Source: an uncultured delta proteobacterium
GTDB taxonomy: Bacteria; Myxococcota_A; UBA9160; SMWR01
Assembly: GCA_963832165.1 (NCBI GenBank)
Contig: CAWHTE010000002.1
Span: 416,001 to 480,000 of the forward strand
Length of the DNA stretch: 64,000 nucleotides
Reading direction: 5' to 3'
Shown here piece after piece: positions 20,623 through 30,223 of this stretch. The notes beneath the pieces are model-generated. The model had not been told where the DNA came from. It saw nothing but the letters and a program-made list of their open reading frames with translations, and did no database searches. Position 1 is the first letter of the stretch. Each line of letters starts with the position of its first letter. The translations under genes were made by a program, and so were the position numbers.

Positions 20623-20946
20623 ATGCGACTCGCACTGGTACTCGCGACCTGCCTCGCGCTGCTGGCTCCTGCCGCCGCGTCCGCGGGCCCGCGGTCGCGC
20701 CACAACCGATGCGACTGGATCGCGCGGCAGCTCGTGAGCGCCGACGCGAAGAAGCAGCGCGCCGCGGAGATCGACGACGCGCTAGGCGTCGACAAGTTCG
20801 AGAGGCGCCTCAGCTACCTCGAGGATCACTTCGAAGAGCACTGCCCCGTGCAGGCCGCCGAGCAGAATGCGGCACAGCAATTCGCCGCGATGCTCAAGAA
20901 TGCGGGGCGTGCGGCCCTCTCCTATCTGACGCTCGGCGCCTACTGA
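20623..20946 (+). CDS. Small secreted hypothetical protein
   Basis: Signal peptide MRLALVLATCLALLAPAAASA, GGAGG upstream, two mature-region Cys. Confidence 0.7.
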   Translation: MRLALVLATCLALLAPAAASAGPRSRHNRCDWIARQLVSADAKKQRAAEIDDALGVDKFERRLSYLEDHFEEHCPVQAAEQNAAQQFAAMLKNAGRAALSYLTLGAY

Positions 20947-20985
20947 TCGCGTTCGCAGAGATCCGAACCTAGGATCTGCGCTCGC

Positions 20986-22926
20986 ATGTGTGGCATCGCC
21001 GGATACGTGCTCCGCTCGGCCCGCCCGCGGCGCGCCGCAGCGCTGCGCGACGCGCTGCGCCGGATGGCCCACCGCGGTCCCGACGACGAAGGACTCGCGT
21101 TCTTCGATCCGCAGAGCGCCCGGATCTGGAACTTCGTCACCGAGCAGAGCGACGCGCGCGCGGTCGGCGCTACGCCGCTCGGCGGAGGCGAGGCGTTCCC
21201 GCACGGCGCCGCATTCGGCCATCGCCGCTTCTCGATCGTGGGGCTCGATGCGAGCGGCCACCAGCCGATGTGGACCGCCGACGGCCGCGTGTGCGTGAGC
21301 GTGAACGGCGAGATCTACAACTACGTCGAGCTGCGCGCGGAACTCGCGGCAGCCGGCCACGTGTTCCGCTCGGCCTCCGACTCGGAAGTGCTCGCGGTGG
21401 CCTACCGAGCGTGGGGCACCGAGTGCTTCGCGCGCTTCAACGGGTTCTACGCGGTCAGCCTCTACGACGCCGAGCGGCGGCGCGTGCTGCTCGCGCGCGA
21501 CCGGCTCGGCGTGGCGCCGCTCTACGTGAGCGAGACGTCGGAGGGGGTGTTCTGGGCGTCCGAGGTGCGCGCGCTGCGCGAGCTCGCGGGCAGCGCGTTC
21601 ACGGTGCGCCACCAGTCCGTGGTCGATTTCGTCGCGTGGCAGCGCCGTGACTACCACGACTCGACGTTCTGGAACGAGATCTCCACGCTGCCGAGCGCGA
21701 GCTTTGCGTGGGTGGACGGAGAGCGTGGACTCGAGACGACGCGCTACTGGTCGCTGCCCGCGCAGCGCGCGCGCGCGACCGACCTCGATCCCGACGCCTG
21801 CGCGCGCCGGCTGCGCGAGCTGCTCGACGACGCGACGCGACTGCGCCTGCGCGCCGACGTGCCGGCCGCGGTACAGATCAGCGGCGGGATGGACTCCTCG
21901 GCCATTCTCGCGCTCGTGGCGAACCACGCGCCTCGGATCTCCGCGTTCACGGTCTCGTTCCCGGACCCGCGCTACGACGAGGAGCCGTTCGCGCGCGCCG
22001 TGGCGGATCGCTACCGCGCGCAGGTCGACTACCACGTGTTCGAGCCACCCGACGACGACTTCCTGAACGCCGCGGACGACTTCGTCGAGCTGATCGGCGA
22101 GCCGTTCCACTCGCCGAATCTGTTCACGGCCAATCGCATCTGGCGTCGGATGGCCGACCAGGGCTACCGCGTGAATCTCTACGGTGGGGGTGGCGACGAG
22201 GTGCTCGCGGGCTACGTCGGCGAGTACTTCTACCCGTATCTGCGCTACGTCGCGCGGCATCACGGGCCCGCGCGCGCTCTGCGCGAGCTGTGCTCGCTGT
22301 CCGAGCGCGGCCCGGGCTTTTTGGGTGCGGACTATCTGCTGCGCGCCGTACGCGCGGTGCCGGGCACCCAGCAGATCTACCGGCGCCTGCGCGCGCCGTG
22401 GCGGCGGCATAGCGACGCGTTCGTGCCGCCGGCGGGCGTGCGCGCGCGCGCGGGCGCACCGGAGCCGATCGAAGAGCGCATGGTCGAGCTCGCACGCGAT
22501 CAGCTCCTGAACTACTGGCTGCGCATCGACAGCCAGAACAGCATGAGCATTCCGCTCGAGCTGCGCACGCCTTATCTCGACTATCGCGTGGTCGAGTTCG
22601 CGTTCTCGCTGCCGCTCGAGTACCTGATCCGCGACGGCTGGATGAAGTGGCTGCTGCGCAAGGCGATGGACGACCTGCTGCCGGCCGAGGTCGCCTGGCG
22701 CCGCGTGAAGGGCGGATTTCCGTTCCCGATCGGCCCGTGGCTCGAGCGCCACGAGGAACGCATCCTCGCGATGCTTGCGAAGCTCGACTGCCCCTATCTC
22801 GACCCGCGCGTGCTCGCATCCGAATGGAAGACCACCGCGCGCCGCGACCCGAACCGGATGTGGTCGCTCGTCTCGATCGGGCTGTGGTGGAAGAAGTGCA
22901 TCCAGGGCGAAGCCCTGGTGGCCTGA
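20986..22926 (+). CDS. asnB: Asparagine synthase-like glutamine amidotransferase
   Basis: MCGIAG, HRGPD, HRRFSI, NGEIYNY, SDSEV, ARDRLG, SGGMDSS, GDEVLAGY. Confidence 0.92.
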   Translation: MCGIAGYVLRSARPRRAAALRDALRRMAHRGPDDEGLAFFDPQSARIWNFVTEQSDARAVGATPLGGGEAFPHGAAFGHRRFSIVGLDASGHQPMWTADGRVCVSVNGEIYNYVELRAELAAAGHVFRSASDSEVLAVAYRAWGTECFARFNGFYAVSLYDAERRRVLLARDRLGVAPLYVSETSEGVFWASEVRALRELAGSAFTVRHQSVVDFVAWQRRDYHDSTFWNEISTLPSASFAWVDGERGLETTRYWSLPAQRARATDLDPDACARRLRELLDDATRLRLRADVPAAVQISGGMDSSAILALVANHAPRISAFTVSFPDPRYDEEPFARAVADRYRAQVDYHVFEPPDDDFLNAADDFVELIGEPFHSPNLFTANRIWRRMADQGYRVNLYGGGGDEVLAGYVGEYFYPYLRYVARHHGPARALRELCSLSERGPGFLGADYLLRAVRAVPGTQQIYRRLRAPWRRHSDAFVPPAGVRARAGAPEPIEERMVELARDQLLNYWLRIDSQNSMSIPLELRTPYLDYRVVEFAFSLPLEYLIRDGWMKWLLRKAMDDLLPAEVAWRRVKGGFPFPIGPWLERHEERILAMLAKLDCPYLDPRVLASEWKTTARRDPNRMWSLVSIGLWWKKCIQGEALVA

Positions 22927-22928
22927 GT

Positions 22929-22987
22929 GCAAGGAGGCCGACGACCGTCGGCCGACGCGCAGCGAGGCATAGCCGAGCGAAGGCGGG
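22929..22987 (+). repeat. Second intergenic palindromic repeat family, copy 1
   Basis: GCAAGGAGGCCGACGAccGTCGGCCGACGCGCAGCGAG..CGAGCGAAGGCGGG, shared with 49291-49348. Confidence 0.75.
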
Positions 22988-23047
22988 AGCCCGAGCGCGA
23001 GCGAGGAGCGAGCGCGAAGGCCCGGCCAAGTTACACTCGCGCCGCCG

Positions 23048-23854
23048 ATGACACGCACGAAGGTGATTGCGATCGCGCTGCTGTGCGCCGGACTCGTGTC
23101 GCCGGTCGCCGCGGGCGCGCGCGGCGCGGACGGCGACTTCGAACAGCGCCGCTCCTCGCACTTCGTGTTGCACCAGGACGTCGCGATCGACCAGTCCGGC
23201 GGCTTCCGCGGCTCGCGCCGCTTCGAGCAGCAGGTGCTCGACGAGCTCGAGCGCGCCTACGATGCGCTCGGCCACTGGCTCGCGTTGCGGCCGCCGCGGC
23301 GGATCGACGTGGTCGTCTACGACCCCGCGCGCTTCGACGCCGAATTCGCGGGTCAGTTCCGCTTTCCCGCGGCCGGATTCTACCACGGGGTGATCCGCGT
23401 GCGCGGCGACACGCAGCTCACCACCGGTCTCTCGCGCGTGCTGCATCACGAGCTCGTGCACGCGGCACTCGATGCGGCCGCGCCCACGCTGTGGCTGCCC
23501 GGCTGGGTGAACGAGGGCGCCGCCGAGTGGTTCGAGGCGCGCACCTCGGGCCAGCGCGGACTCGCGACGCGGCAGCGCGCCGCGCTCGAGGGGATCGCGC
23601 GCAGCGGCGAGCTCCAGTCGCTCTCCACGCTCGCGTCGCCGACCTTCGCGGGGTTCGACCGTCGCGCGGCGCAGATCGCCTATCTCCAATCCTACGCGCT
23701 GATCGACTACCTCGCGCGCGCGCAGGGCGAGCGCTCGCTCGCGGACTTCCTCGCCGAGCTGATCCAGAGCCGCAGCCTCGACCGCGCGCTGCGGCGCGTG
23801 TATCGCCTCGACGCTGCGACGCTCGAGGCGCGCTTCGCGCGCGAGCTCTCCTAG
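23048..23854 (+). CDS. Secreted peptidase MA-like (gluzincin) metalloprotease
   Basis: Signal peptide; HELVH followed by PGWVNEGAAEW; AYLQSYALIDYL. Confidence 0.8.
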   Translation: MTRTKVIAIALLCAGLVSPVAAGARGADGDFEQRRSSHFVLHQDVAIDQSGGFRGSRRFEQQVLDELERAYDALGHWLALRPPRRIDVVVYDPARFDAEFAGQFRFPAAGFYHGVIRVRGDTQLTTGLSRVLHHELVHAALDAAAPTLWLPGWVNEGAAEWFEARTSGQRGLATRQRAALEGIARSGELQSLSTLASPTFAGFDRRAAQIAYLQSYALIDYLARAQGERSLADFLAELIQSRSLDRALRRVYRLDAATLEARFARELS

Positions 23855-24669
23855 TGGCGCGCCGAATCGCGCTCGCAGCCGCGCTCGCACTGTTCGCGTG
23901 CGGTGGCGCCGAGTCGTTCGAGGCGAGCGGTGTCGTGCGCGCCGTGCGCGCGTCGGAGCGTTCGGTGACGATCGAGCACGGCGACATCGAGGGGCTGATG
24001 CCCGCGATGACGATGAGCTTCGACGTCGCCGACCCGGAACTGCTCGCGGGGATCGAGCCGGGTCAGTACGTCGAGTTTCGTCTCTCGCGGAGCGGTGAGC
24101 ACTTCGAGATCACGGCACTCGAGGCGCCCGGCGCGGCCGAGGCGGGCGTCGCGGGAACGTCCGGCGGCGGCGATCCACTCCGGGCGGCCGGGGATCCCGC
24201 GCCGGATTTCGCGCTGGTCGATCAGGATGCGCGCCCGGTCTCGCTCGCGGCGCTGCGCGGCAAGGTCGTGCTGCTCGACTTCGTCTACACGAGCTGCCCC
24301 GGACCGTGCCCGATCCTGACCGGAATCCACCGCGACGTGCGCGACGGACTGTCCGCCGCCGACCGCGCGCGCGTGCAGCTCGTGTCGATCACGATCGATC
24401 CGTTGCGCGACACACCCGAGGTGCTGCGCGCGTGGACGAGCGCGCGCCGCCTCGATACCCAGGGCTGGTCGTTCGCGACCGGACCCGTCGCCGACGTGGA
24501 CGCGGTCGTGCTCGCCTACGGCGTCGGGTCGACGCGCCAGCCGAGCGGCGAGATCGAGCACACCGTCGCGACCTTCCTGATCGACCGCGAGGGCAATATC
24601 GCGCGGCGCTATCTCGGCCTCACCCACGAGCCCGCTGCGGTGCGCGCGGAGATCGAGCGCTTGCTCTAG
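23854..24669 (+). CDS. CusF-like copper-binding domain fused to SCO1/SenC domain lipoprotein
   Basis: Lipobox LFAC; HGDIEGLMPAMTMSF (CusF-type); FVYTSCPGPC, SITIDP.RDT, IEHT (SCO). Confidence 0.87.
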   Translation: MARRIALAAALALFACGGAESFEASGVVRAVRASERSVTIEHGDIEGLMPAMTMSFDVADPELLAGIEPGQYVEFRLSRSGEHFEITALEAPGAAEAGVAGTSGGGDPLRAAGDPAPDFALVDQDARPVSLAALRGKVVLLDFVYTSCPGPCPILTGIHRDVRDGLSAADRARVQLVSITIDPLRDTPEVLRAWTSARRLDTQGWSFATGPVADVDAVVLAYGVGSTRQPSGEIEHTVATFLIDREGNIARRYLGLTHEPAAVRAEIERLL

Positions 24670-24671
24670 CG

Positions 24672-25049
24672 CTATTCGACGCGCTCGGCGGTCTGTGCGT
24701 GGATGCCCCAGATTTCGTCGTCCAGCGACGCGTGATCCCACTTGCCGGCGACGCGCACCTTGCGGCCGACCTCGGGCGGTTTGCCGTCGTTGAGCTTGCG
24801 CAGCATGTGCTCAGGAACGCGGACCAGCACCGAGCCGGTGTCATCCTCGAGCGTCACGACGTAGCGGGAGCCGGAACCCACCGCGACGTGGGTGATGCGA
24901 CCCTGGACCATCACGTAGTCGCCCGACTCGGCCTTCTCGTTCACCTCCGCGATCGGGCGGACCCCGGACGCCATCGACCCCTTCCAGGCGGAAGCCGGAG
25001 CGGCCAGCGTGAAGCTCGCAATGGCGAGGACGATCACTGCGCTGCGCAT
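24672..25049 (-). CDS. Periplasmic OB-fold protein (YgiW/YdeI BOF-like)
   Basis: Signal peptide; VMVQGRI, LEDDTGSVLV, KVRVAGKWD. Confidence 0.7.
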   Translation of the reverse strand: MRSAVIVLAIASFTLAAPASAWKGSMASGVRPIAEVNEKAESGDYVMVQGRITHVAVGSGSRYVVTLEDDTGSVLVRVPEHMLRKLNDGKPPEVGRKVRVAGKWDHASLDDEIWGIHAQTAERVE

Positions 25050-25125
25050 GGAACCCCCCTTTGCGCGGGATTCATGGATCGGTGCCGCGCACGCGGAGCT
25101 TGAGGACGTGTGCGACGCTTCGCGC

Positions 25126-25710
25126 ATGCGAACGAGCCTCCACATAGCGCTCGCGGCCACTGCAGCGGTGGTTCTCGGTCTCGGCTCGGGCGCGTGGGCC
25201 GTGCGTGCGGGACTCTCGGCGGGCAACGTCGCGAATGGACCCTGGCGGACGAGTCTCACCACCGGGAGCGCCGAGGCGGACCTCTACACACGGGCCCGTG
25301 TTGCGGTCGGCGCACTGCTGGCGCTCTCGCCCGCAGAGACGATCTACTGGAACGCCGACCGCGACTCCTCGGGCGCGCTGCTCGAGGCGCGCTGCGACTA
25401 CGAGGTCGCGGGCGACGAGCTGCCCGCGCGCTGGTGGAGCATCACAGCCTACGGCTCGGACGATTTCCTGATCCCGAACGAGCCCGGGCGCTATTCCTTC
25501 AGCCAGACGACACTCGCGCGCGAGCCGCGTGGCGCCTGGGCGATCGAGGTTTCGACGGAAGCGAAGCCGCGCAACTGGCTGCCGTCGGGCCGGTCGGGCG
25601 ACGCTGGCCGCTTCGCCCTCACCCTGCGTCTCTACAACCCGGAGCGCGCGATGCGCGAGCAGCCGGGATCGGCAGAGCTTCCGCAGATCGAGCGGGGTGA
25701 ATGCCGGTGA
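25126..25710 (+). CDS. DUF1214-like protein
   Basis: NGPW, YTRARVA, ETIYW, ARWWSITAY, NWLP, LTLRLYNP. Confidence 0.78.
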   Translation: MRTSLHIALAATAAVVLGLGSGAWAVRAGLSAGNVANGPWRTSLTTGSAEADLYTRARVAVGALLALSPAETIYWNADRDSSGALLEARCDYEVAGDELPARWWSITAYGSDDFLIPNEPGRYSFSQTTLAREPRGAWAIEVSTEAKPRNWLPSGRSGDAGRFALTLRLYNPERAMREQPGSAELPQIERGECR

Positions 25711-26237
25711 AGCGCGCTCTCGCCACGACGCTCGCCGTGCTGGGCTGCGCGGCCGCGCTCCACGTCGCGGTAGTCGCGACTCTGCCCTACGCGATCATGG
25801 GCGTCGCGATGCGCCGGCTCGGCGCCGCGGGCGGCGAGAACGTCTGGATGCACCCTCCGCTTGCGACGGCGGCTTCGCGCGCGATCGTGCGCCCGAGCCC
25901 GGACCTCGCCTACTCGAGTCTGATCTTCGACGTCGGCGAGCGGCCGCTCCGGGTGCGCGTGCCGATCACGCTGCCCTACACCTCCCTTTCGGGCTTTGCG
26001 CGCAACACCGACAACTTCTTCGCCGTGAACGACCAGACGGCGGGTGCGCCCGAGATCGACGTCGTCCTGGTCGGCCCGAGCACTCCGCGCGCAGGGCTCG
26101 AAGGCCTGCGTGTCGTCACTTCGCCGAGCGACCGCGGCATCCTGCTCGTGCGCCGCGTCGTCCCCGACGCGGCCGACTTCCCCGCAATCGACTCCGCCCG
26201 CCGCGTCACCGAAGTCCGGAGTGGTTCGATTCGCTAG
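25701..26237 (+). CDS. DUF1254-like protein (start may be GTG 25707)
   Basis: IVRPSPDLAYS..FDV..PLRV, YTSLS..NTDNFF..ND; coupled to the DUF1214 gene. Confidence 0.75.
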   Translation: MPVKRALATTLAVLGCAAALHVAVVATLPYAIMGVAMRRLGAAGGENVWMHPPLATAASRAIVRPSPDLAYSSLIFDVGERPLRVRVPITLPYTSLSGFARNTDNFFAVNDQTAGAPEIDVVLVGPSTPRAGLEGLRVVTSPSDRGILLVRRVVPDAADFPAIDSARRVTEVRSGSIR

Positions 26238-26345
26238 CTCGGCATGCCCGGGGGGAGCCGCTGGAGCCGAGAATCCGTCAGCGGAGGATCCGCTCGCCGG
26301 CGCGGCGTGGTAGGTTGAGACAGCGCTGCAGTTCTGGGGTTCGTT

Positions 26346-27917
26346 CTGACGCGTCTCGTCCTACCGACGCTGTGCCTTCTCGCCGCCTTGTCGGCGGCGG
26401 AGCCACGCCAGGCCGGGGCCGAGGAGAACGAGCCGGCGCCGGCGCGGGTCGAGCCCGCGCCCGCGGCCCTCGAGCTCGCGCTTCGCGAGCTCCCGCCCGG
26501 CATCCGCGCCGCGGCGCCCGAGGCACCGTCGCCGCTCACAGTCGAGTACACGGTCGACGCAGCGCTCGAGGCCCAGGTCCGCGAGATCCTGACGCGCAGC
26601 CGCCTCCATCTGGCCCAGGTGATCGTGATGGATCCGGCGACTGGCGAGGTCTTCGCATACGTCGCGACCGATCCGCAGGCCTTTCCGGCAACGCGCGCCT
26701 ACCCGACGGCGTCGCTCATGAAGGTCGTGACCGCGGCCGCGGTGCTGCGCGATGCGCCCAGCGCGGCGCGACGGAGCTGCCGCTACCGCGGGAGCCCCTA
26801 CCAGGTCAACGCCGCGCAGCTCAAGGCACCGCGCACGGGAGGTCGGCTCGAGAGCTTCGATGAGGCGCTCGCGATCTCGAACAACCAGTGCTTCGCGCGC
26901 CTCGCGGCCCACGATGTCGGACGTGCGGCGCTGTTCGCGGAGATCGAGCGCGTGGGCCTGCTCGCATCTCCCGCTCCCGGGCATCCGGGTGGGAGCATCG
27001 AGCCGGTCGGGGACGCGCTCGCGCTGGGCCGCCTCGGGTCGGGGCTCGCGGGCTCGTTCCTCTCGCCGCTGGCGGCCGCGCGGCTCGCCGCGGCGCTTGC
27101 GCGTGGCGAGCTGGTCGAGCCGCACTGGATCGCGCGTGTGCGCGACGCCGCGGGCGAGCTCGTCGCGGTGCCGGACGTCGCCCCGCCCCGGCGCATCTGG
27201 GAGCCGGACGTCGCCGCCTCACTGCGCCGCTCGCTGCGCGGCGTCACCGAGCGCGGCACCGCGCGCCGCGCCTTTCAGAACAAACGCGGCGAGCCGCTGC
27301 TCGGCGACGTCGCGGTCGCGGGCAAGACCGGAACATTGAGCGGCAAGGATCCGAAAGGGCTCTACCAGTGGTTCGTCGGCGTCGCTCCCGCGGAGGAGCC
27401 GCGCATCGCGATCGCCGCACTCGTGGTGCGCGACCGCAAAGGATCACATCGCCGCGGCGGCGCGGGGACCAACGCCTCGCAGGTCGCCGCGCAGACCCTG
27501 CGAGGGATCTTCTGCGACGGCGCCGGCTGCGCCGCCGATCGCGTCGAGCCGCTCTACGCGCGCGCCAACGCGCGCCGCGCCGAGTCTGTGGCGGAGCTCG
27601 AGGCGCAGCGCGCCGCGCGCGAGCGTGCCCGCATCGCCGCCGAGCGCGTCGTGCCGGCGCGTCTGCTCGAGGAGTCCGACATCGAGTTCCCGCGCTCGCT
27701 GCGGCGCCGGAAGGTCGAGGGGGAGATCGTGCTCGCCGTCTCGCTCGCGCCGAGCGGCGACGTCGCGAACGTCCGCGTCGACGCGTCGGACCTGCCGGCG
27801 CGATTCGGCAATCACGTCTCCGAAGTGGTGCGCGACTGGAAGTTCGCCCCGTCGACCCGCGGCGGCGAGCCGATCGCGAGCGAGGTTCGGCTGCGGATCC
27901 CGGTTCAGATCCGCTAG
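26346..27917 (+). CDS. Penicillin-binding transpeptidase domain fused to C-terminal TonB_C domain
   Basis: SxxK (ASLMK), SxN (SNN), KTG (GKTGT), WFVG; C-terminal FPRSLRRRKVEGEIVLAV..SGDV..WKFAP. Start uncertain: CTG 26346 gives a signal peptide, otherwise TTG 26388. Confidence 0.82.
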   Translation: MTRLVLPTLCLLAALSAAEPRQAGAEENEPAPARVEPAPAALELALRELPPGIRAAAPEAPSPLTVEYTVDAALEAQVREILTRSRLHLAQVIVMDPATGEVFAYVATDPQAFPATRAYPTASLMKVVTAAAVLRDAPSAARRSCRYRGSPYQVNAAQLKAPRTGGRLESFDEALAISNNQCFARLAAHDVGRAALFAEIERVGLLASPAPGHPGGSIEPVGDALALGRLGSGLAGSFLSPLAAARLAAALARGELVEPHWIARVRDAAGELVAVPDVAPPRRIWEPDVAASLRRSLRGVTERGTARRAFQNKRGEPLLGDVAVAGKTGTLSGKDPKGLYQWFVGVAPAEEPRIAIAALVVRDRKGSHRRGGAGTNASQVAAQTLRGIFCDGAGCAADRVEPLYARANARRAESVAELEAQRAARERARIAAERVVPARLLEESDIEFPRSLRRRKVEGEIVLAVSLAPSGDVANVRVDASDLPARFGNHVSEVVRDWKFAPSTRGGEPIASEVRLRIPVQIR

Positions 27918-27990
27918 CGGCCGTGGCCAACCGCTCGCGCTACTTCGCGTTCGGCAACGCCCGCTGCTCGGGGCAGATGGAGGGTGCAGC

Positions 27991-29016
27991 ATGCGAGTTC
28001 TGAACATCCACGGCGTCGATGACGTCCGGCTGGATCCGGTCGATCCGCCGCGCCCGGGAAGCAAGGACGTCGTGGTGAGGGTGAAGGCGTGCGGAATCTG
28101 CGGCAGCGACCTCACCTACATCAAGATCGGTGGAATTCTCCGTCCGCCCGGCGGCACGACGCCGATCGGCCACGAGGCCGCGGGCGAAGTGATCGCCGTC
28201 GGAGACGACGTGAGCGGCGTTGCCGTGGGGCAGCGGGTCGTCATCAACCCGATGATGACGCCGAGCCATATCGGCAGTGGCGGCCCGGAGGGTGCCTTCA
28301 CCGAGGAGCTTCTGGTTCGCGACGCGCGCGTCGGCGACAGCCTGCTTCCGATCCCGGAGGATCTGCCCTACGAGATCGCGGCGCTGACTGAGCCGCTCGC
28401 CGTCGCGCTGCACGGCGTCAACCGCGCCCAGGCGAAGCCGGGCGACAAGGTGGTCGTGTTCGGATGCGGTCCGATCGGTCTCGGCATGGTGCTGTGGCTG
28501 GTGGACCGCGGCGTGACCGACGTGGTCGCGCTCGACCTCGCGCCGGAACGGCTGGCGCGCGCTGCGGCGCTCGGCGCACGAGCGGTGTTGGATCCCACGC
28601 GCGAAGACCTTCGCGCGCGCCTGCTCGAGCTGCACGGCTCGGCGCGTATTTTCAACCGCGAAGCGGTGGGTACGGATGCCTTCATCGACGCAGCCGGTGC
28701 GCCCAACATCCTGTCCGACGTGGTGAGGATGGCGAAGTACCAATCGCGCATGGTGGTGACGGCGGCCTACATGAAGCCGGTGCCGCTCGATCTCGGCGCG
28801 ATGCTGACGACCGAGATGATGATCACCACCGCGGTCGGCTATCCCGACGAAATGCCGGACGTGATCGCGGCCCTGCCCCGGCTGCGCGAGAAGCTCAGTA
28901 CGCTGATCAGCCATCGCTTCCCGTTCGACGAGGTCATCGAGGCGCTCGGCGTCGCCGGTACGCCGGCTTCGGCGAAAGTGATGATCGAGTTCCCGGCGAT
29001 CACCTCGCCGAATTGA
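27991..29016 (+). CDS. Zinc-binding (MDR) alcohol dehydrogenase
   Basis: CGICGSD, GHEAAG, EPLAVALH, GCGPIG. Confidence 0.9.
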   Translation: MRVLNIHGVDDVRLDPVDPPRPGSKDVVVRVKACGICGSDLTYIKIGGILRPPGGTTPIGHEAAGEVIAVGDDVSGVAVGQRVVINPMMTPSHIGSGGPEGAFTEELLVRDARVGDSLLPIPEDLPYEIAALTEPLAVALHGVNRAQAKPGDKVVVFGCGPIGLGMVLWLVDRGVTDVVALDLAPERLARAAALGARAVLDPTREDLRARLLELHGSARIFNREAVGTDAFIDAAGAPNILSDVVRMAKYQSRMVVTAAYMKPVPLDLGAMLTTEMMITTAVGYPDEMPDVIAALPRLREKLSTLISHRFPFDEVIEALGVAGTPASAKVMIEFPAITSPN

Positions 29017-29050
29017 CACCTCGACCGCTGTTCCCGCAGACTGACCGCCC

Positions 29051-30223
29051 GTGAGCACAGCGAGCACACGAATCACGATCGACGATGTCGTCGCACGCGC
29101 GGCCCAGCGTGCAGGGCTCGACGACTTCGGTCCGCCGACCTGGCGCGAAGGCCTGGAAGTCCTGCTCGGCGAGCTCCACGCGGACGACCGGGTTACGGAC
29201 CCGGGCTATGAGACGATGATCGGAATGATGGTCGATGCGCTGTGGAACCGACTGCGCGTGGTCGACTACGCCAAGCAGCATCCGGAAGTGCGGTCGGGAC
29301 AGATCCGGGCGCCGCTCGTGATTCTCGGGATGCCGCGCACCGGCACCACGGTCGCGAGCTATCTGCTCGACCAGGACCCCGCGCACCGCTCGCTGCTGAA
29401 CTGGGAAGCCCCCGATTCGATCCCGCCGTCGACCACGAAGACGCTGCGCAGCGATCCCCGCTGTCTCGCGAAGAAGGAGATGGCGAACAAGATGGTCGAG
29501 GCGATGCTCGCCGCCGGCATCAGCCCGCCGCATTGGGAGGACGCCGACGGCCCCACCGAGTGCATCTTCGTACAGAACCAGGACTTCAAGGCGCTCTGCT
29601 GGGATGCGTTCCAGCCGAACGACGTGTATTGGCGCTGGCTGAAGCAGTGCGACATGACGAGCGCGTACGAGTACGAGCGGCTCGTGCTACAGATCCTCCA
29701 GTCGCAGGCATCGGGCCGCTGGTCGCTCAAGATGCCGTCGCACGCAGTGCACATCGAGACGTTGGTGAAGACCTTCCCCGACGTGAGGATGATCTGGGCG
29801 CACCGCGACCCCTACAAGGCGACGGGGTCGCTCTGCAGCACCGTCGAGATGGGCCACGGCAGGCTCGGCTTCGTCGACCGCGAGGCGATCGGGCGCACCT
29901 CGGTGGACCAGATGCGCGAGCACGTGGGGCGGCCGCTGCGCCTGCGCGAGCGGATCGGTGACGCGCAGTTCTACGACCTGCACTACGCCAACCTGATGCG
30001 CGACCCGATCGGCGAGATGCGCGCGATCTACGCGTGGGCGGGCGAAGAGCTCTTGCCCAGGGTCGAGGCGCGGATGACGGAATGGCTGAAGGCGCGTCCG
30101 CAGGATCGCTTCGGTCCGCGGCCGTACTCGCTCGAGCAGTACGGACTCACTCAGCGGGAGCTGGTGCCCGTGTTCGCGGAGTATCTCGACCGGTTCGACA
30201 TCGAGCTCGAAGGCGTCGAATGA
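29051..30223 (+). CDS. PAPS-dependent sulfotransferase
   Basis: GMPRTGTT PSB loop, WSLKMPSH, WAHRDP. Confidence 0.88.
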   Translation: MSTASTRITIDDVVARAAQRAGLDDFGPPTWREGLEVLLGELHADDRVTDPGYETMIGMMVDALWNRLRVVDYAKQHPEVRSGQIRAPLVILGMPRTGTTVASYLLDQDPAHRSLLNWEAPDSIPPSTTKTLRSDPRCLAKKEMANKMVEAMLAAGISPPHWEDADGPTECIFVQNQDFKALCWDAFQPNDVYWRWLKQCDMTSAYEYERLVLQILQSQASGRWSLKMPSHAVHIETLVKTFPDVRMIWAHRDPYKATGSLCSTVEMGHGRLGFVDREAIGRTSVDQMREHVGRPLRLRERIGDAQFYDLHYANLMRDPIGEMRAIYAWAGEELLPRVEARMTEWLKARPQDRFGPRPYSLEQYGLTQRELVPVFAEYLDRFDIELEGVE

